Source: an uncultured Acidobacteriota bacterium (GTDB taxonomy: Bacteria > Acidobacteriota > Terriglobia > UBA7540). Taken from it: a stretch of DNA of 64,000 bases. Location: positions 128,001 through 192,000 of the forward strand of contig CAWDSK010000001.1 in the NCBI GenBank assembly GCA_963804995.1, in the 5' to 3' direction. Each line of letters starts with the position of its first letter. Positions within the stretch are counted from its first letter, which is position 1. Under the pieces are notes generated by a model. It was not told the DNA's origin, ran no database searches, and worked only from the letters and a program-made list of their open reading frames with translations. Positions 9,449-19,644 of this stretch are shown in pieces. The translations under genes and the position numbers were made by a program.

Positions 9449-11538
9449 GAACCGAAATGCCGCAGAAGGTTCAAGCCCACCATTTGAAACGCGACGCCTA
9501 CCTGTATATCCGGCAGTCCACGCTTCGGCAGGTCTTTGAGAATACCGAGAGCACCCAGCGCCAGTACGCGTTACGCCAACAGGCCGTGGCCCTGGGCTGG
9601 CCTTTGGAACGGATCATCGTGATCGACAACGATCAAGGCCAGTCGGGAGCTTCGGCGGTAGACCGAGAGGGATTTCAAAGGTTGGTGAGTGAAGTGGGGA
9701 TGGGGCGAGCAGGGATCGTTCTGGGTCTCGAGGTGTCGCGCCTGGCGCGCAACTCCACGGACTGGCATCGACTGCTGGAGATCTGCGCGCTCACCGACAC
9801 GCTCATTTTGGATGAAGATGGCATCTACGACCCGGCGCACTTTAATGACCGCCTGCTGTTGGGGCTGAAAGGCACGATGAGCGAGGCGGAACTGCACGTG
9901 CTGCGAGCCCGGTTGCGAGGCGGAATCCTCAGCAAAGCTCGGCGCGGTGAGTTGGAGATCCCACCTCCGGTCGGCTTGGTCTATAACGGCTCGGGGCAAC
10001 TCGTTCTCGATCCGGACCAGCAGGTGCAACAGGGCCTTCGACTCTTGTTTGAAACCTTCCGTCGTACGGGATCCGCCCTGGCCACGGTGAAGGCCTTTCG
10101 CCAGCAGGGGCTGCTGTTTCCCCGCCGCCTGCGGGCGGGGCCCCACCAAGGAGAGTTGGTATGGGTGGAACTTGTTCACAGCCATGTCCTGCGCGTTTTG
10201 CACAATCCTCGGTATGCCGGGGCCTACGTCTTTGGCCGGAGTCAGACGCGCAAGAAGCTGGAGGGTGGCGTGACGGTGAAGTGGTTGCCTCGCGAGGAGT
10301 GGGACACTTGCCTTCCTGGGGCCCATGCGGGTTACCTCTCCTGGGAAGAATATGAGAGCAATCAGCGGCGGTTACGGGAATCCGCGCAAGCTTGGGGTCC
10401 CGACCGTCGTCAAAGCCCTCCGCGGGAAGGTCCAGCGCTTCTGCAGGGATTAGTGATCTGTGGCCGCTGTGGGAATCGGATGACCGTGCGTTATCATGTT
10501 CACCGGTCACGCCTGGCCCCCCATTATGTGTGTCAGCGGTACGGTATCGAACACGCTCAAACCATCTGCCAGACGGTTCCTGGAGCGGGTATCGACCAGG
10601 CCATCGGGGAACTGCTGATCGAAGTGGTCACTCCGTTAGCCCTGGAGGTGGCGCTGAGCGTGCAGCAAGAACTTCAGTCTCGTTGGGAAGAAGCGGATCG
10701 GTTGCGCCAAACCCAAGTCGAGCGCGCCCGGTATGAGGCGGAGCTGGCCGAGCGGCGCTACTTGCGTTGCGATCCCGACAACCGGCTCGTGGCGGATTCG
10801 CTCGAGGCCGACTGGAACCACAAGCTGCGTGCTCTGGGAGAGGCTCAGCAAGAGTATCAACGTCAACGTCAGGTCGACCGTGGGTTGTGTCGGGAAGAGG
10901 AACGCGCTCAGATTTTTGCCCTGGCCACAGACTTCCCTCGGCTGTGGCGCGATGCGAAAACGCCACATCGAGAACGGAAGCGTATGGTCCGCCTTCTATT
11001 GGAAGACGTCACGTTGACCCGCAACCATGAGATCACGCTTCAGATCCGCTTCAAGGGGGGAGCTACAAAGACCCTGCATTTGCCCATCCCCCTCAATGCC
11101 TGGAAACAGCGCACCACCAAGCCGGAGGTGGTGGCGGAGATCGACCGGCTCCTGGATCAACGTACCGATCGGCAGATCGCTAGCCTGCTGAATGAACGCG
11201 GCTGGCTCTCGGGCGAAGGCAGGCCCTTCAGCCCTCACATCGTCGCGCGCATACGGCGTAACTATGCCTTGAAGAGCGGTTACACTCGCCTACGCGGAGC
11301 CGGCCTGTTGACCCTGCAAGAGATGGCTAAGCTGCTCGGCATCTCCACCGGGTGGGTGAAAGTCTGGCGGGACCATGGTCTGTTAAGAGCTCAAGCCTAC
11401 AACGAGAAAAACGAGTGTTTATATGAACACCCCGGCGATGATCCGCCGCGCAAGATGCAAGGGACGAAGCTCGCTGCCAGGCAGCGATTCTTCGAGGACC
11501 CCTCGAATCATACCAATGAGGTGCAGTATGAAGCATAA
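9445..11538 (+). CDS. Large serine recombinase (resolvase, recombinase, Zn-ribbon, coiled coil, C-terminal HTH)
   Basis: AYLYIRQST catalytic Ser motif, SRLARN, LHNPRYAG, LLQGLVICGRCG..Y.C; 697 aa. Confidence 0.95.
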   Translation: MRTEMPQKVQAHHLKRDAYLYIRQSTLRQVFENTESTQRQYALRQQAVALGWPLERIIVIDNDQGQSGASAVDREGFQRLVSEVGMGRAGIVLGLEVSRLARNSTDWHRLLEICALTDTLILDEDGIYDPAHFNDRLLLGLKGTMSEAELHVLRARLRGGILSKARRGELEIPPPVGLVYNGSGQLVLDPDQQVQQGLRLLFETFRRTGSALATVKAFRQQGLLFPRRLRAGPHQGELVWVELVHSHVLRVLHNPRYAGAYVFGRSQTRKKLEGGVTVKWLPREEWDTCLPGAHAGYLSWEEYESNQRRLRESAQAWGPDRRQSPPREGPALLQGLVICGRCGNRMTVRYHVHRSRLAPHYVCQRYGIEHAQTICQTVPGAGIDQAIGELLIEVVTPLALEVALSVQQELQSRWEEADRLRQTQVERARYEAELAERRYLRCDPDNRLVADSLEADWNHKLRALGEAQQEYQRQRQVDRGLCREEERAQIFALATDFPRLWRDAKTPHRERKRMVRLLLEDVTLTRNHEITLQIRFKGGATKTLHLPIPLNAWKQRTTKPEVVAEIDRLLDQRTDRQIASLLNERGWLSGEGRPFSPHIVARIRRNYALKSGYTRLRGAGLLTLQEMAKLLGISTGWVKVWRDHGLLRAQAYNEKNECLYEHPGDDPPRKMQGTKLAARQRFFEDPSNHTNEVQYEA

Positions 11539-11543
11539 GCCTT

Positions 11544-12320
11544 TTGCCAAGGGCTCTGCGGCGCGGTCAGGACTTCGGTGATGTCCATGTCGCTGAGAAG
11601 ATTGCGGAAACCTTCCCCGTAGATCTGGTCCCGGTCTCGGATCAAATAGCGTGGCGCCGTGTCTTCGGGGAACGCTTCCAGGATTTGCTGAGTGGCCCAA
11701 GCCGCCGTCGGATGCTCGGTCACGTTGAAATGCACGACACGCCGGCGATGATGAGCCAGCACGACAAAAACGAATAACACTCGAAAACTGACCGTGGGCA
11801 CCGTGAAGAAGTCAACCGAGACCAAACCCTGAACATGGTTATTCAAGAAGGCCTTCCAAGTCTGGGAAGGTGGCTTCCGGCACTTGGGCATCAATCGGGA
11901 AACCGTGCGCTCGGAAACCTCCATTCCCAGCTTGAGCAGTTCCCCGTGAATGCGAGGGGCGCCCCAATACGGGTTCGCGGTCGCCATCTGCTTGACCAGG
12001 GCTCGGACTTCTGAACTGAGTTGTGGTCGACCTGAACTTCCCCGCTGCGAGATCCTCGCCCAATAGATTCGGAAGGCCTTTTGCTGCCAGCCGACAACAG
12101 TATCACCGTTCACCACATGCAAGGCCTGTCGCCAAGGGGCCCAGACTCGGGAAAGCACCACCCAAAACAATCGATCTTTCCTCTTCAGTCTCGGCACGCC
12201 CTTCCTTCTCTTTAGCACTCCCAGCTGTTGTCGCAAAGCCAGATTTTCCAAGGCCAAGTCACGGCGTTCTCTAAGAGCTGCAATTATGAAAATGACCAGC
12301 CATCGTAATGTCTCGATCAT
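11544..12320 (-). pseudogene. 5' part of the interrupted rve transposase
   Basis: LALENLALRQQL...WGAPRIHGELLKLG...DFFTV...YLIRDRD...TAPQSPWQ, then broken by the insertion. Confidence 0.9.
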
Positions 12321-12391
12321 GGGTTGGAGTGTGGAGGTAACGACCTGAATAATCAACGGATTTCGAGCCGATGGAGTTTTGGCGATGGACA

Positions 12392-13095
12392 GCTGGCTCG
12401 AACGAGCGACCTGGGGAAAGTATCTCCTGATCCCGCCTGACCAGGGGCCGGACGCCCTGGGCGACAGCAATCTCTTGGCCCTCGCGAGCCGTATCACTAG
12501 CCGGTACTACTTCGGCCTCGGCACCGCCGCAGCGCACTATGGGCTGACAACTCAGCACCGCAACGTGATCTTTGTTGTAACGCCGCAGCGCCCGCGCGCG
12601 CGCACCGTCGGAGAATCGCGGGTCCGGATCGTCAATCAGGCGGAGAGCAAGTTCTTCGGATTTGAGCCGGTCGACGTGCTCGGCTACAAGGTGATGATCT
12701 CGGACCGCGAAAAGACTGCCATCGACTGTATTGATCACCCACCACTCGCCGGAGGCGTGGGGGAGGCCGCCACCATTCTTGCCACCGCGACTCGCCGCTT
12801 CGACTGGAACAAAGCTGCTGATTACCTCGAACGGATAGGCACCGGCGCGCTGGTGCGCCGATTCGGCTGGCTGGCCGACCACGTCAAGGCGGATATTCCG
12901 CCCTCCACACGCGAGCGCCTGCTCAGGTTGGCGGCGCGAAGCCGCAAAACGTGGCTCGGCGCCGCTCCCGAACACGCTATGCCGGGCGCAATCGGTTATG
13001 ACGAGACATGGCGCCTGTTCGTGAATGTTTCGCGCGAAGAGCTGCAAGGCAGCGTCGGCCTCGGACAGCGGAAAACGGTCAGGGGAGGTGCGTAG
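12392..13095 (+). pseudogene. Type IV toxin-antitoxin AbiEi antitoxin, 5' truncated by the IS
   Basis: WLERATWGKYLLIP...YYFGLGTAAAHYGLTTQ...ISDREKTAIDC; N-terminal HTH missing. Confidence 0.8.
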
Positions 13096-13097
13096 CC

Positions 13098-13220
13098 ATG
13101 CTTACGCAGCCCCAGGTTCAGCGCTATGCCATCGAATCCGGCCTTCGCAACATCATGATCGCGGAAAAGGAAGTGGTGCTGACGTCTCTGCTGCAGGTTC
13201 TCGCCGAGCGTGGCCTTCCC
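13098..13220 (+). pseudogene. AbiEii nucleotidyltransferase toxin, N-terminal fragment
   Basis: MLTQPQVQRYA...IAEKEVVLTSLLQVLAERGL directly after AbiEi; stops before the KGGT motif. Confidence 0.65.
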
Positions 13221-13309
13221 TTAGTCGGCCATAGCCAGTAGCGCGCCGCAGTGCACTGCCTCTCTATGATGGGCGGCCCTTGGCCGAAAGCGCTGCAGCC
13301 CATCGCCAT

Positions 13310-13499
13310 GCACAAGGACTTGAAGCCATTCCTTGATTACCTGCCCGCTCTTGGCTGAGACCGTAACGAAAGGGAGATCGGGGCGCACGGCCTGAATGTT
13401 GCGGGCGGCACTGGCTGAATCAAATTCCACAGCCTCTGCCAAGTCCACTTTGGTGATCACCGCCGGGGCGGTGGCGTGAAAAATGGGCGGGCATTTCAA
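13310..13499 (-). pseudogene. HypB-like GTPase C-terminal remnant
   Basis: PIFH...VITKVDLAEAVEFD...NIQAVRP...VSAKSG. Confidence 0.65.
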
Positions 13500-13695
13500 G
13501 GGTTTGTCCTCACCATCGGAACGGGCGCGATGGCGAAGCAGGATGAATCGGATTTTGCGGGAAAAAACGGCACCAGAAATCCTTGCCCATTTCCTTGCCC
13601 AAAACGTTGCCGACTACGCCCGAATGAGGCCATTCTACCCTACGAATACCGGCGTAAATCGCTGAAAACACATGAACCCGACCCATGACAAGACA

Positions 13696-13735
<40 letters not shown>

Positions 13736-14198
13736 GCGCCTCAGCCACAGGCAATGCCCTCTAACTTGGAATTAGCGCACTTACCCCGAAGCTCGATGGC
13801 CGCCGCGGAGTAATCGAGCCAATCTCCAACCTGCACTGCCAATCCTCACAAGTTACCATCCGCAGCCGGAACTGACAAGCCGGAGCTGAGGTGAGTGACA
13901 CCCCATGTTATGGAGAATTTCGTTTTGCTCGTGGCCAATAGTGGAGCCCCACAGCCGTAGATTCTCCCGGGAATCGTGGCCCCACTAGGTTGGCGGCCCT
14001 TGGGATATTCCGGCCTTCACCCGTGGGCACAGCAGGTCTTTGGCGCGGTTGCCCACCTCACGGCGTAGAGGGTTGCATCCCACCACTCAAGGATTTTCGA
14101 TCCGGCATCTTGGGCGAGGGTTGCCCTCGGGAACTGGTCTCGTACATCGTCGCCCCAGCGCCACCCGCACCATTCCAACCGAGGCTGCATCAGCTTGG

Positions 14199-14660
14199 CT
14201 AATCCGACCAAGCCAGATAGCCGGGTACGATTAATCCGACCAGGGGCACGATGAGCAGGATTCCCCACCAATTGGGTTTGCCGCGCGCCTCCGCAATGGC
14301 CATCCAGACCATGATCCCGATCACGATGTTCACGAACGGGACGAGTAGAAGGATGAACCACCAGACCGGCTTCTTGGCGACATTCAACATGAGGATCGCA
14401 TTGAGGATGGGGACCCAGGCCCACCAGGCGTTCTCCGTGTTGGTCTTTTTGGCGATGGTCTGGAGTGCCAGGGCAAAGTACACATAGGCCGCAATGGCGA
14501 ACACAACAAATACGAGCATCATCACACCCAGCACGGCGGCTCCGGCCCCTCGCTGATCAAACTGCGCATACGCCGGGACTGCCGTCAGCAGGCCTATGCT
14601 GGCGAGAACCGATAAGCAAATCAGGGTCGGGGCCGATCGATGCCTGGAAAGTTTTCTCAT
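14199..14660 (-). CDS. DUF5684-like membrane protein
   Basis: AWWAWVPILN...KPVWWFILLLVPFVN...GYLAWS. Confidence 0.75.
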   Translation of the reverse strand: MRKLSRHRSAPTLICLSVLASIGLLTAVPAYAQFDQRGAGAAVLGVMMLVFVVFAIAAYVYFALALQTIAKKTNTENAWWAWVPILNAILMLNVAKKPVWWFILLLVPFVNIVIGIMVWMAIAEARGKPNWWGILLIVPLVGLIVPGYLAWSD

Positions 14661-15038
14661 AGATTGTTTCCCTTTCAGGTCAGACCACGGCCGAGGTCGC
14701 GTGGTTAGACGGAGTTGATTTCGATTTTCAGCTAGCCGAACGCTATCTCCCATTTTTCTGCCCGGTCGGAAGGTTCATCCCTCTGAGCGCTTGAATCGTT
14801 GAAGATCACCCAGGCCCCTAGCGTCACACCGGTCAGGGATCACACTTCGAATTTCGGGCATCCTACCTGAACTCTGGCTAGTCGGCTGTATACACCGGTT
14901 TGGCGGGCAAAGCAAGTGGTACGAGTTCGATGTGTCGTTAAGGATGTGGCGCTGGGCAGCGGCGCGTGGTATAAAAAGGCACCTGTGTGTGCTAGCATCC
15001 AGACAACCGGGCAGAAACCCAATATCAAGGAGGATTTC

Positions 15039-15713
15039 ATGGGAGACGTGAAGGCAATCCGCATCACCCGGCTCATTGCAGTTCCCGTCGTGATCACGCT
15101 GGCCGTGACCATCCTGCGGCTGATCGGCGAGCTTGCTCACTGGCCCGCGCCGTTGTTCAACGCGGCGCCCGGCGGTGGAATGGCAATCGTCGGCATTTCC
15201 TGGCTGCCGATCATCTTCGGCCCGTACTTTGCGCTGAAGCTCGCGGGGGCGGGCAGTGGCCCTCCGAGCAATGGGAAAGCCATCATGATGGCGATGATTG
15301 GCTTGGTGGTCTTTGTTCTCGGTGGGGTTATTTTCGCCACGACCATTGCGCATCCGTCCTACCTGACCGCCGCCGCACTCCTCTTGATGTTGGCTGCGGC
15401 ATTTGTTCCGGCCCTCGGTTGGCGGTCCCTGGGGATAACCCTGTTGGCGTATGCGTTCGCGGCGCGAATTCCGGTTCTGGTCGTCATGTACTTCGCGATG
15501 AGCGGGAACGGCGGCGCGGGATGGGGAACGCATTATGACGGCATGCCTCCGGCGCTGGCTCATGTCCCGTTCGGGACGGCGTTTCTTTACGGGGCGGTTA
15601 TGCCCCAGATGACCTTGTGGATTGGTTTTACGGTGGTGGTGGGCGCCATCATTGGCACCCTCGTCGTTGCCATCATGGGTCGGGGGAAGCAGCCGACGCA
15701 GGCCAGCGCGTGA
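15039..15713 (+). CDS. Hypothetical multi-pass membrane protein
   Basis: About 6 hydrophobic segments; AAGGAGG RBS before ATG 15039. Confidence 0.75.
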   Translation: MGDVKAIRITRLIAVPVVITLAVTILRLIGELAHWPAPLFNAAPGGGMAIVGISWLPIIFGPYFALKLAGAGSGPPSNGKAIMMAMIGLVVFVLGGVIFATTIAHPSYLTAAALLLMLAAAFVPALGWRSLGITLLAYAFAARIPVLVVMYFAMSGNGGAGWGTHYDGMPPALAHVPFGTAFLYGAVMPQMTLWIGFTVVVGAIIGTLVVAIMGRGKQPTQASA

Positions 15714-15772
15714 GTTTGCTTCCGCGCTGACCTGCAACTCGTGTGGCTTCCGGTGTGGCGGTCAAGGGGAGT

Positions 15773-16627
15773 CTACTTGGCGGCTGCCTTAAACCACTCC
15801 GCTTTCACGTCCGCGATGACTTCCTGGGCGGCCTGCTCAACCTGCTGCGCCCCCCACGCGCTGTCAGAGTGGGTGCGTGGATCTTGTGCTTCGCGCAAGG
15901 TGTGATCGGGCGTGGGGACACAGTCGAAGGTGTCGCCATCCACGATGGCATAGTCCACGTTGCGGAGCTTGCCGGTCGCGGGGAGTCTCGAAACATCGGT
16001 GCTGCCCGGCCACATGGCTTCGAGCATCGAAGTCTCCTCAGAAGCCGCATGGCCAATCGCTCCAGCCACCAGGGAGCGGGGAAATCCGGGATAAACCCAC
16101 ATAACCCGCTTGGGCTTGAGGCCGGTGTTGAATTCGCGGCATAACCGGTCGAGAGTGCCCCGCTGGTTGTCGGCGCCGTGCCCGTTTACAATCAGGACAT
16201 GGCGGAAGTGCATCCGGTCGAAAAGGATGTTCAGGATGTCACGCAGGACCGCCGCAAAAACCTCCTCACGAAAATAGGCGCTGGCTACCGAATTCTTGGG
16301 AAAGTCCATTCCTTCAATGAAGGCATCGCGGCTGAACCCCAGCGACTCCAGCATGTTCGGATGACGCTCCCTTTCGGTGCCAACAAAAAGTGGTGGATAA
16401 TAGGGGCATTCGAGCTCGCGGGCCAGGCGGCGGGCAAAGGCATGGGCCAGCAGGTTATCGCATCCCATGGCCAGGTGCGGTCCGTGCCACTCCAAGGGAG
16501 CCACGGGTAGCAGCACCAAGCCATTGCGTTCCCGGGCAGCCGCCACTTCATCGGGGAACATGAAAGCCATGTTCCAGTCCCCTTGCTCAATAGGACGTTT
16601 AATATTCGGTTTATTTACATCTGCCAT
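15773..16627 (-). CDS. Creatininase-family amidohydrolase
   Basis: LEWHGPHL..G.D, NGHG..N, GHA..EETS. Confidence 0.9.
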   Translation of the reverse strand: MADVNKPNIKRPIEQGDWNMAFMFPDEVAAARERNGLVLLPVAPLEWHGPHLAMGCDNLLAHAFARRLARELECPYYPPLFVGTERERHPNMLESLGFSRDAFIEGMDFPKNSVASAYFREEVFAAVLRDILNILFDRMHFRHVLIVNGHGADNQRGTLDRLCREFNTGLKPKRVMWVYPGFPRSLVAGAIGHAASEETSMLEAMWPGSTDVSRLPATGKLRNVDYAIVDGDTFDCVPTPDHTLREAQDPRTHSDSAWGAQQVEQAAQEVIADVKAEWFKAAAK

Positions 16628-16706
16628 AATGATTCCTCCTATGAAAATATGCTCAGCGATCAAACCCTAAGAAACCAAGAAGCAATTCCCAGGGGGACTT
16701 CTTCTG

Positions 16707-17192
16707 CTAACCACCGTACAGCGTTTCAGTACTGACCGGCAATCCCAGCAGCTTCAGATAGGTAAAGAGTTGCATCTTGTGATTGTTAAAGTGCCCGAGG
16801 AAGTTGACACTCATAATCTCCATCTTGGCCTTCCACCCCCAGGGCACGGAAACCACGCGATTAGTAAAGTCATCTTCGCTTAAGCCATCCATCACCGCCC
16901 GCAGAGTCGCCTGGTCCTTCGCGAGCTTCGCCAGCGCCTCGGGAACTCCACAGGAGGGCATGTTTTCCAGTTTCATACCGACTTCCATTTCTTCCATGGG
17001 CGGCCACTTGCCACTCACCAACATTTCCAGTCCGCCGCCGATTCCGTCGCTCAGGTGGCTAATGACTTGGCCGATGCTCATGAACTTCGGCCCCGGTTTC
17101 CAATCCAGTTTGTCGGCCGGAACCATGCCGATCAGCTTTTCGGCAGGCTGAGTTGATTGCAAAACGATTTCACAGAATTCATTCTTGGTCAT
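16707..17192 (-). CDS. DinB-family protein
   Basis: LDWKP...MSIGQVISHL...HFNNHKMQLFTYLKLLG. Confidence 0.85.
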   Translation of the reverse strand: MTKNEFCEIVLQSTQPAEKLIGMVPADKLDWKPGPKFMSIGQVISHLSDGIGGGLEMLVSGKWPPMEEMEVGMKLENMPSCGVPEALAKLAKDQATLRAVMDGLSEDDFTNRVVSVPWGWKAKMEIMSVNFLGHFNNHKMQLFTYLKLLGLPVSTETLYGG

Positions 17193-17314
17193 GGATTCTC
17201 CTCCATTACTGTGTCTTGTGCATCGCGCGCGGTGGAACAGCCACCCTCCGCTCATTACAACTGTTTTGCCGCGAGGAGACTTTAGCGCAAATTCTCCGGC
17301 CAAGCCAGCATGGC

Positions 17315-17674
17315 TCACAACATTCGGTTGCCGTACTGGCCGCAGGACTCGAAAACGGAAAGCAGGTTGGTCATGCCAAGGAGTTCCTGGACTTTCTTGG
17401 ACAGGTTGATGAGTTGAAGCTCGCAGTTGGTTTTCTTTGTGGTAACGTAAACGCCGATGATGGCGCCGAGCCCGGAGCTATCCAGAAACGCCACTTCGTT
17501 CAAGTCCAAAACGATCCGCTTCGTCTGCGGAATCAAAGCCCGGACCTCTTGCTTAAATTCTGCGGCGATATCGGCCGTTAGTCGACCGCTACACCTTACC
17601 AAGGTCGACTCCGGGCCGGGTTGAATACGCAGCTTGAAGCGTGAAGAGGGAACAACCGGCGGATTCGTGGACAT
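17315..17674 (-). CDS. STAS-domain anti-sigma factor antagonist
   Basis: IVLDLNEVAFLDSSGLG. Confidence 0.9.
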   Translation of the reverse strand: MSTNPPVVPSSRFKLRIQPGPESTLVRCSGRLTADIAAEFKQEVRALIPQTKRIVLDLNEVAFLDSSGLGAIIGVYVTTKKTNCELQLINLSKKVQELLGMTNLLSVFESCGQYGNRML

Positions 17675-17900
17675 GGTAAACCTCTCCTTCCAGGCTCGGC
17701 TGCTGGGATTTGTCTGCGGTTAGGCGCTTACACAAACAAGCGAGACAGCACCTCGTCTCCGCGAAAGTTTATGCCAATACTGCGATGCCCTGGGGATCCA
17801 TTGTACCTGAAATCCACTCTCCTGCGGGACATCCACCGGCGACGGGCAGTGACTCATTTTGAGGTGCCACGGGCGTCCGATGGTGTGAAAAAATACCATT

Positions 17901-17978
17901 TTCACCGCTGAGACGCTGAGACGCAGAGAAATGACCCTTTGTTTTCAAACCTCTGCGCCTCCGCGTCTCCGCGGTGAA
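17901..17978. repeat. Intergenic inverted tandem-repeat module (8-mer units)
   Basis: ttcaccgctgagacgctgagacgcagag ... ctctgcgcctccgcgtctccgcggtgaa. Confidence 0.75.
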
Positions 17979-18078
17979 AGGTTTGATGGGATTTTTTCAC
18001 AGCTTCTCCCGCCCGTGTCCAGACACGGCCAAGACCCCGATGGATCGGGGCAGGTAGGCCGTGGCACGGAAAGCGAAC

Positions 18079-19350
18079 TTAAGCGCGCGCCGCTTCCATC
18101 AGCACCTCGCGCAGCCTTCGGGCAACCACCAAATCCTCGCCGGGCTGGAGCATCCACACCCCGACGACGATCGTGTTAGGCCCGCCTTCCAGGCCTTTGC
18201 TGGCGGGGCCACCTCCCGTCGCCGGGTTCAGTTGGATGCGCGGGGTTCCCTCCCGCAATTTTTCCGCGACCTCTTTCCCTGTGAGCTTGATCCGGCTGGG
18301 GTCGTAAGTAATCAACAGGTGCGACACATGATTGGCTACGGGCGGAACGAAAATCTTAGTTTGGACGCTCGGAAGACTCTTCAGGCGCTGCGCAATGCGT
18401 TCGGCACGCTGGTGGAACTCCTTCTGCAGAGTGGCTTCGTCCTGGGCCAGTAGCCAATCCACGGCTGCCACGAGTCCAATGATTTCCTCCTTGGCAACTT
18501 TCATGCCTCGGCCAACCGTGTTGGAGTTGGGGGAATTGTTCTTCACGGCGGCGTCGATCAGGTCCTTCTTTCCCAGGAGCAGCCCCGTACACTGCGGGCC
18601 ACGGATGCCTTTCCCTCCCGAAAACGTCACCAGGTCGAAGCCCATTTTGGTGTAATTCCACAAATTCGCAATGGGAGGAACATCCGCTGAGGCGTCGTTG
18701 AAACAGGGCACATCATGTTGATGCGCCACGCGTATCCAGTCCTCGCGGCTGATTTCGCCTCCTTCTGCAGCATTGAAGAAGTGTGCCATTACGGTCCGCT
18801 CGTTAAACGCCGCGTCGTACTCTGCAAGCGTTTCTACTTCTACAAAGCGAATCCCGCAATTCCGGAGGGCGTGATCGTACTCGTAGCGATGCGCCTTCTG
18901 GACGATAACCTCGTTCTTCAGCCCCTTCAGGTCGAGGGGTATGTTCACAATCGCGTCGGCATTTCCACGCGTAACGCAGGCGGCCGTGCCCAGCGTGAGC
19001 GCGGAGGCGGCCCCCGCCGTTACCAAGGCAGCCTCGCACTGCAAGCGCTTCGCTAAATACTCACCGGAGGCGCGCAACAACTCCTCGAGTTGGACGGGAT
19101 ACTTTGACGCGATGCTGATGGCGGCCTGAACTTCCTCCGGCATCGTCGAGGCTGAGAGGACAGTGTAAGTGCCCGCGGCGTTAATGAAGGGCTTGACGCC
19201 CAGTTTCTCGTAATAGTTAACGCCTTTCGCCGGACTATGCGTCGCACCACGGGCGGCGAAGACCGAGCCGCTGTATACCGCCGTGCCGCCCACCGCAAGC
19301 GCCTGACCAGTCTTGCCCATAAACTTTCGTCGTGTCATGACTTTGGACAT
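18079..19350 (-). CDS. SelA/DgaE-like PLP-dependent enzyme with a twin-arginine signal
   Basis: INAAGTYT, FSGGKGIRGPQ (PLP lysine), GRGMKVAKEEI; TRRKFM at the N-terminus. Confidence 0.85.
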   Translation of the reverse strand: MSKVMTRRKFMGKTGQALAVGGTAVYSGSVFAARGATHSPAKGVNYYEKLGVKPFINAAGTYTVLSASTMPEEVQAAISIASKYPVQLEELLRASGEYLAKRLQCEAALVTAGAASALTLGTAACVTRGNADAIVNIPLDLKGLKNEVIVQKAHRYEYDHALRNCGIRFVEVETLAEYDAAFNERTVMAHFFNAAEGGEISREDWIRVAHQHDVPCFNDASADVPPIANLWNYTKMGFDLVTFSGGKGIRGPQCTGLLLGKKDLIDAAVKNNSPNSNTVGRGMKVAKEEIIGLVAAVDWLLAQDEATLQKEFHQRAERIAQRLKSLPSVQTKIFVPPVANHVSHLLITYDPSRIKLTGKEVAEKLREGTPRIQLNPATGGGPASKGLEGGPNTIVVGVWMLQPGEDLVVARRLREVLMEAARA

Positions 19351-19644
19351 GGGAATTTCCTCTCTTGTCAACGCGAGAGGTGGAACCTGGGGAACATAGC
19401 CCCTGATCGTCCTTTACGCGTTTTAAGATACTGTCGTCTGATTAACACGTGGGGCGACAAGTGTCAACCCGTGCGTCAGGAGTTGGAGGCTCGTCCGGGC
19501 GGCCAGTAATACTCGGGTGGTTATTTTGGTTTGATCTGATATCATTTCTCTTTCCGTTTGGACTGATAGTCGCGAAAGCCAGTGAAGCCGTGGGCGGTTC
19601 CTGTTCAAATCATAAAAGGGACCCTGGTTTAGAGGAGAGTCATT

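Larger units (their letters stand above)
8166..11543 (+). mobile_element. Large-serine-recombinase integrative element, 4 ORFs, 3378 bp
   Basis: TT at both junctions (8164-8165 and 11542-11543); removing the element restores cgg att ttg cca, i.e. W-Q-N-P of the host gene. Confidence 0.88.
7708..12391 (-). mobile_element. rve-integrase IS (1306 bp native) carrying a 3378 bp nested insertion
   Basis: Terminal IRs tgtccttcgccaa (7708-7720) and ttggcgatggaca (12379-12391), 12/13 match, TG..CA ends; no target duplication visible. Confidence 0.8.

Noticed and set aside
13400..13695. Group I intron in the tRNA-Ile anticodon loop
   Set aside because: No group I core motifs and no 3' tRNA half downstream.
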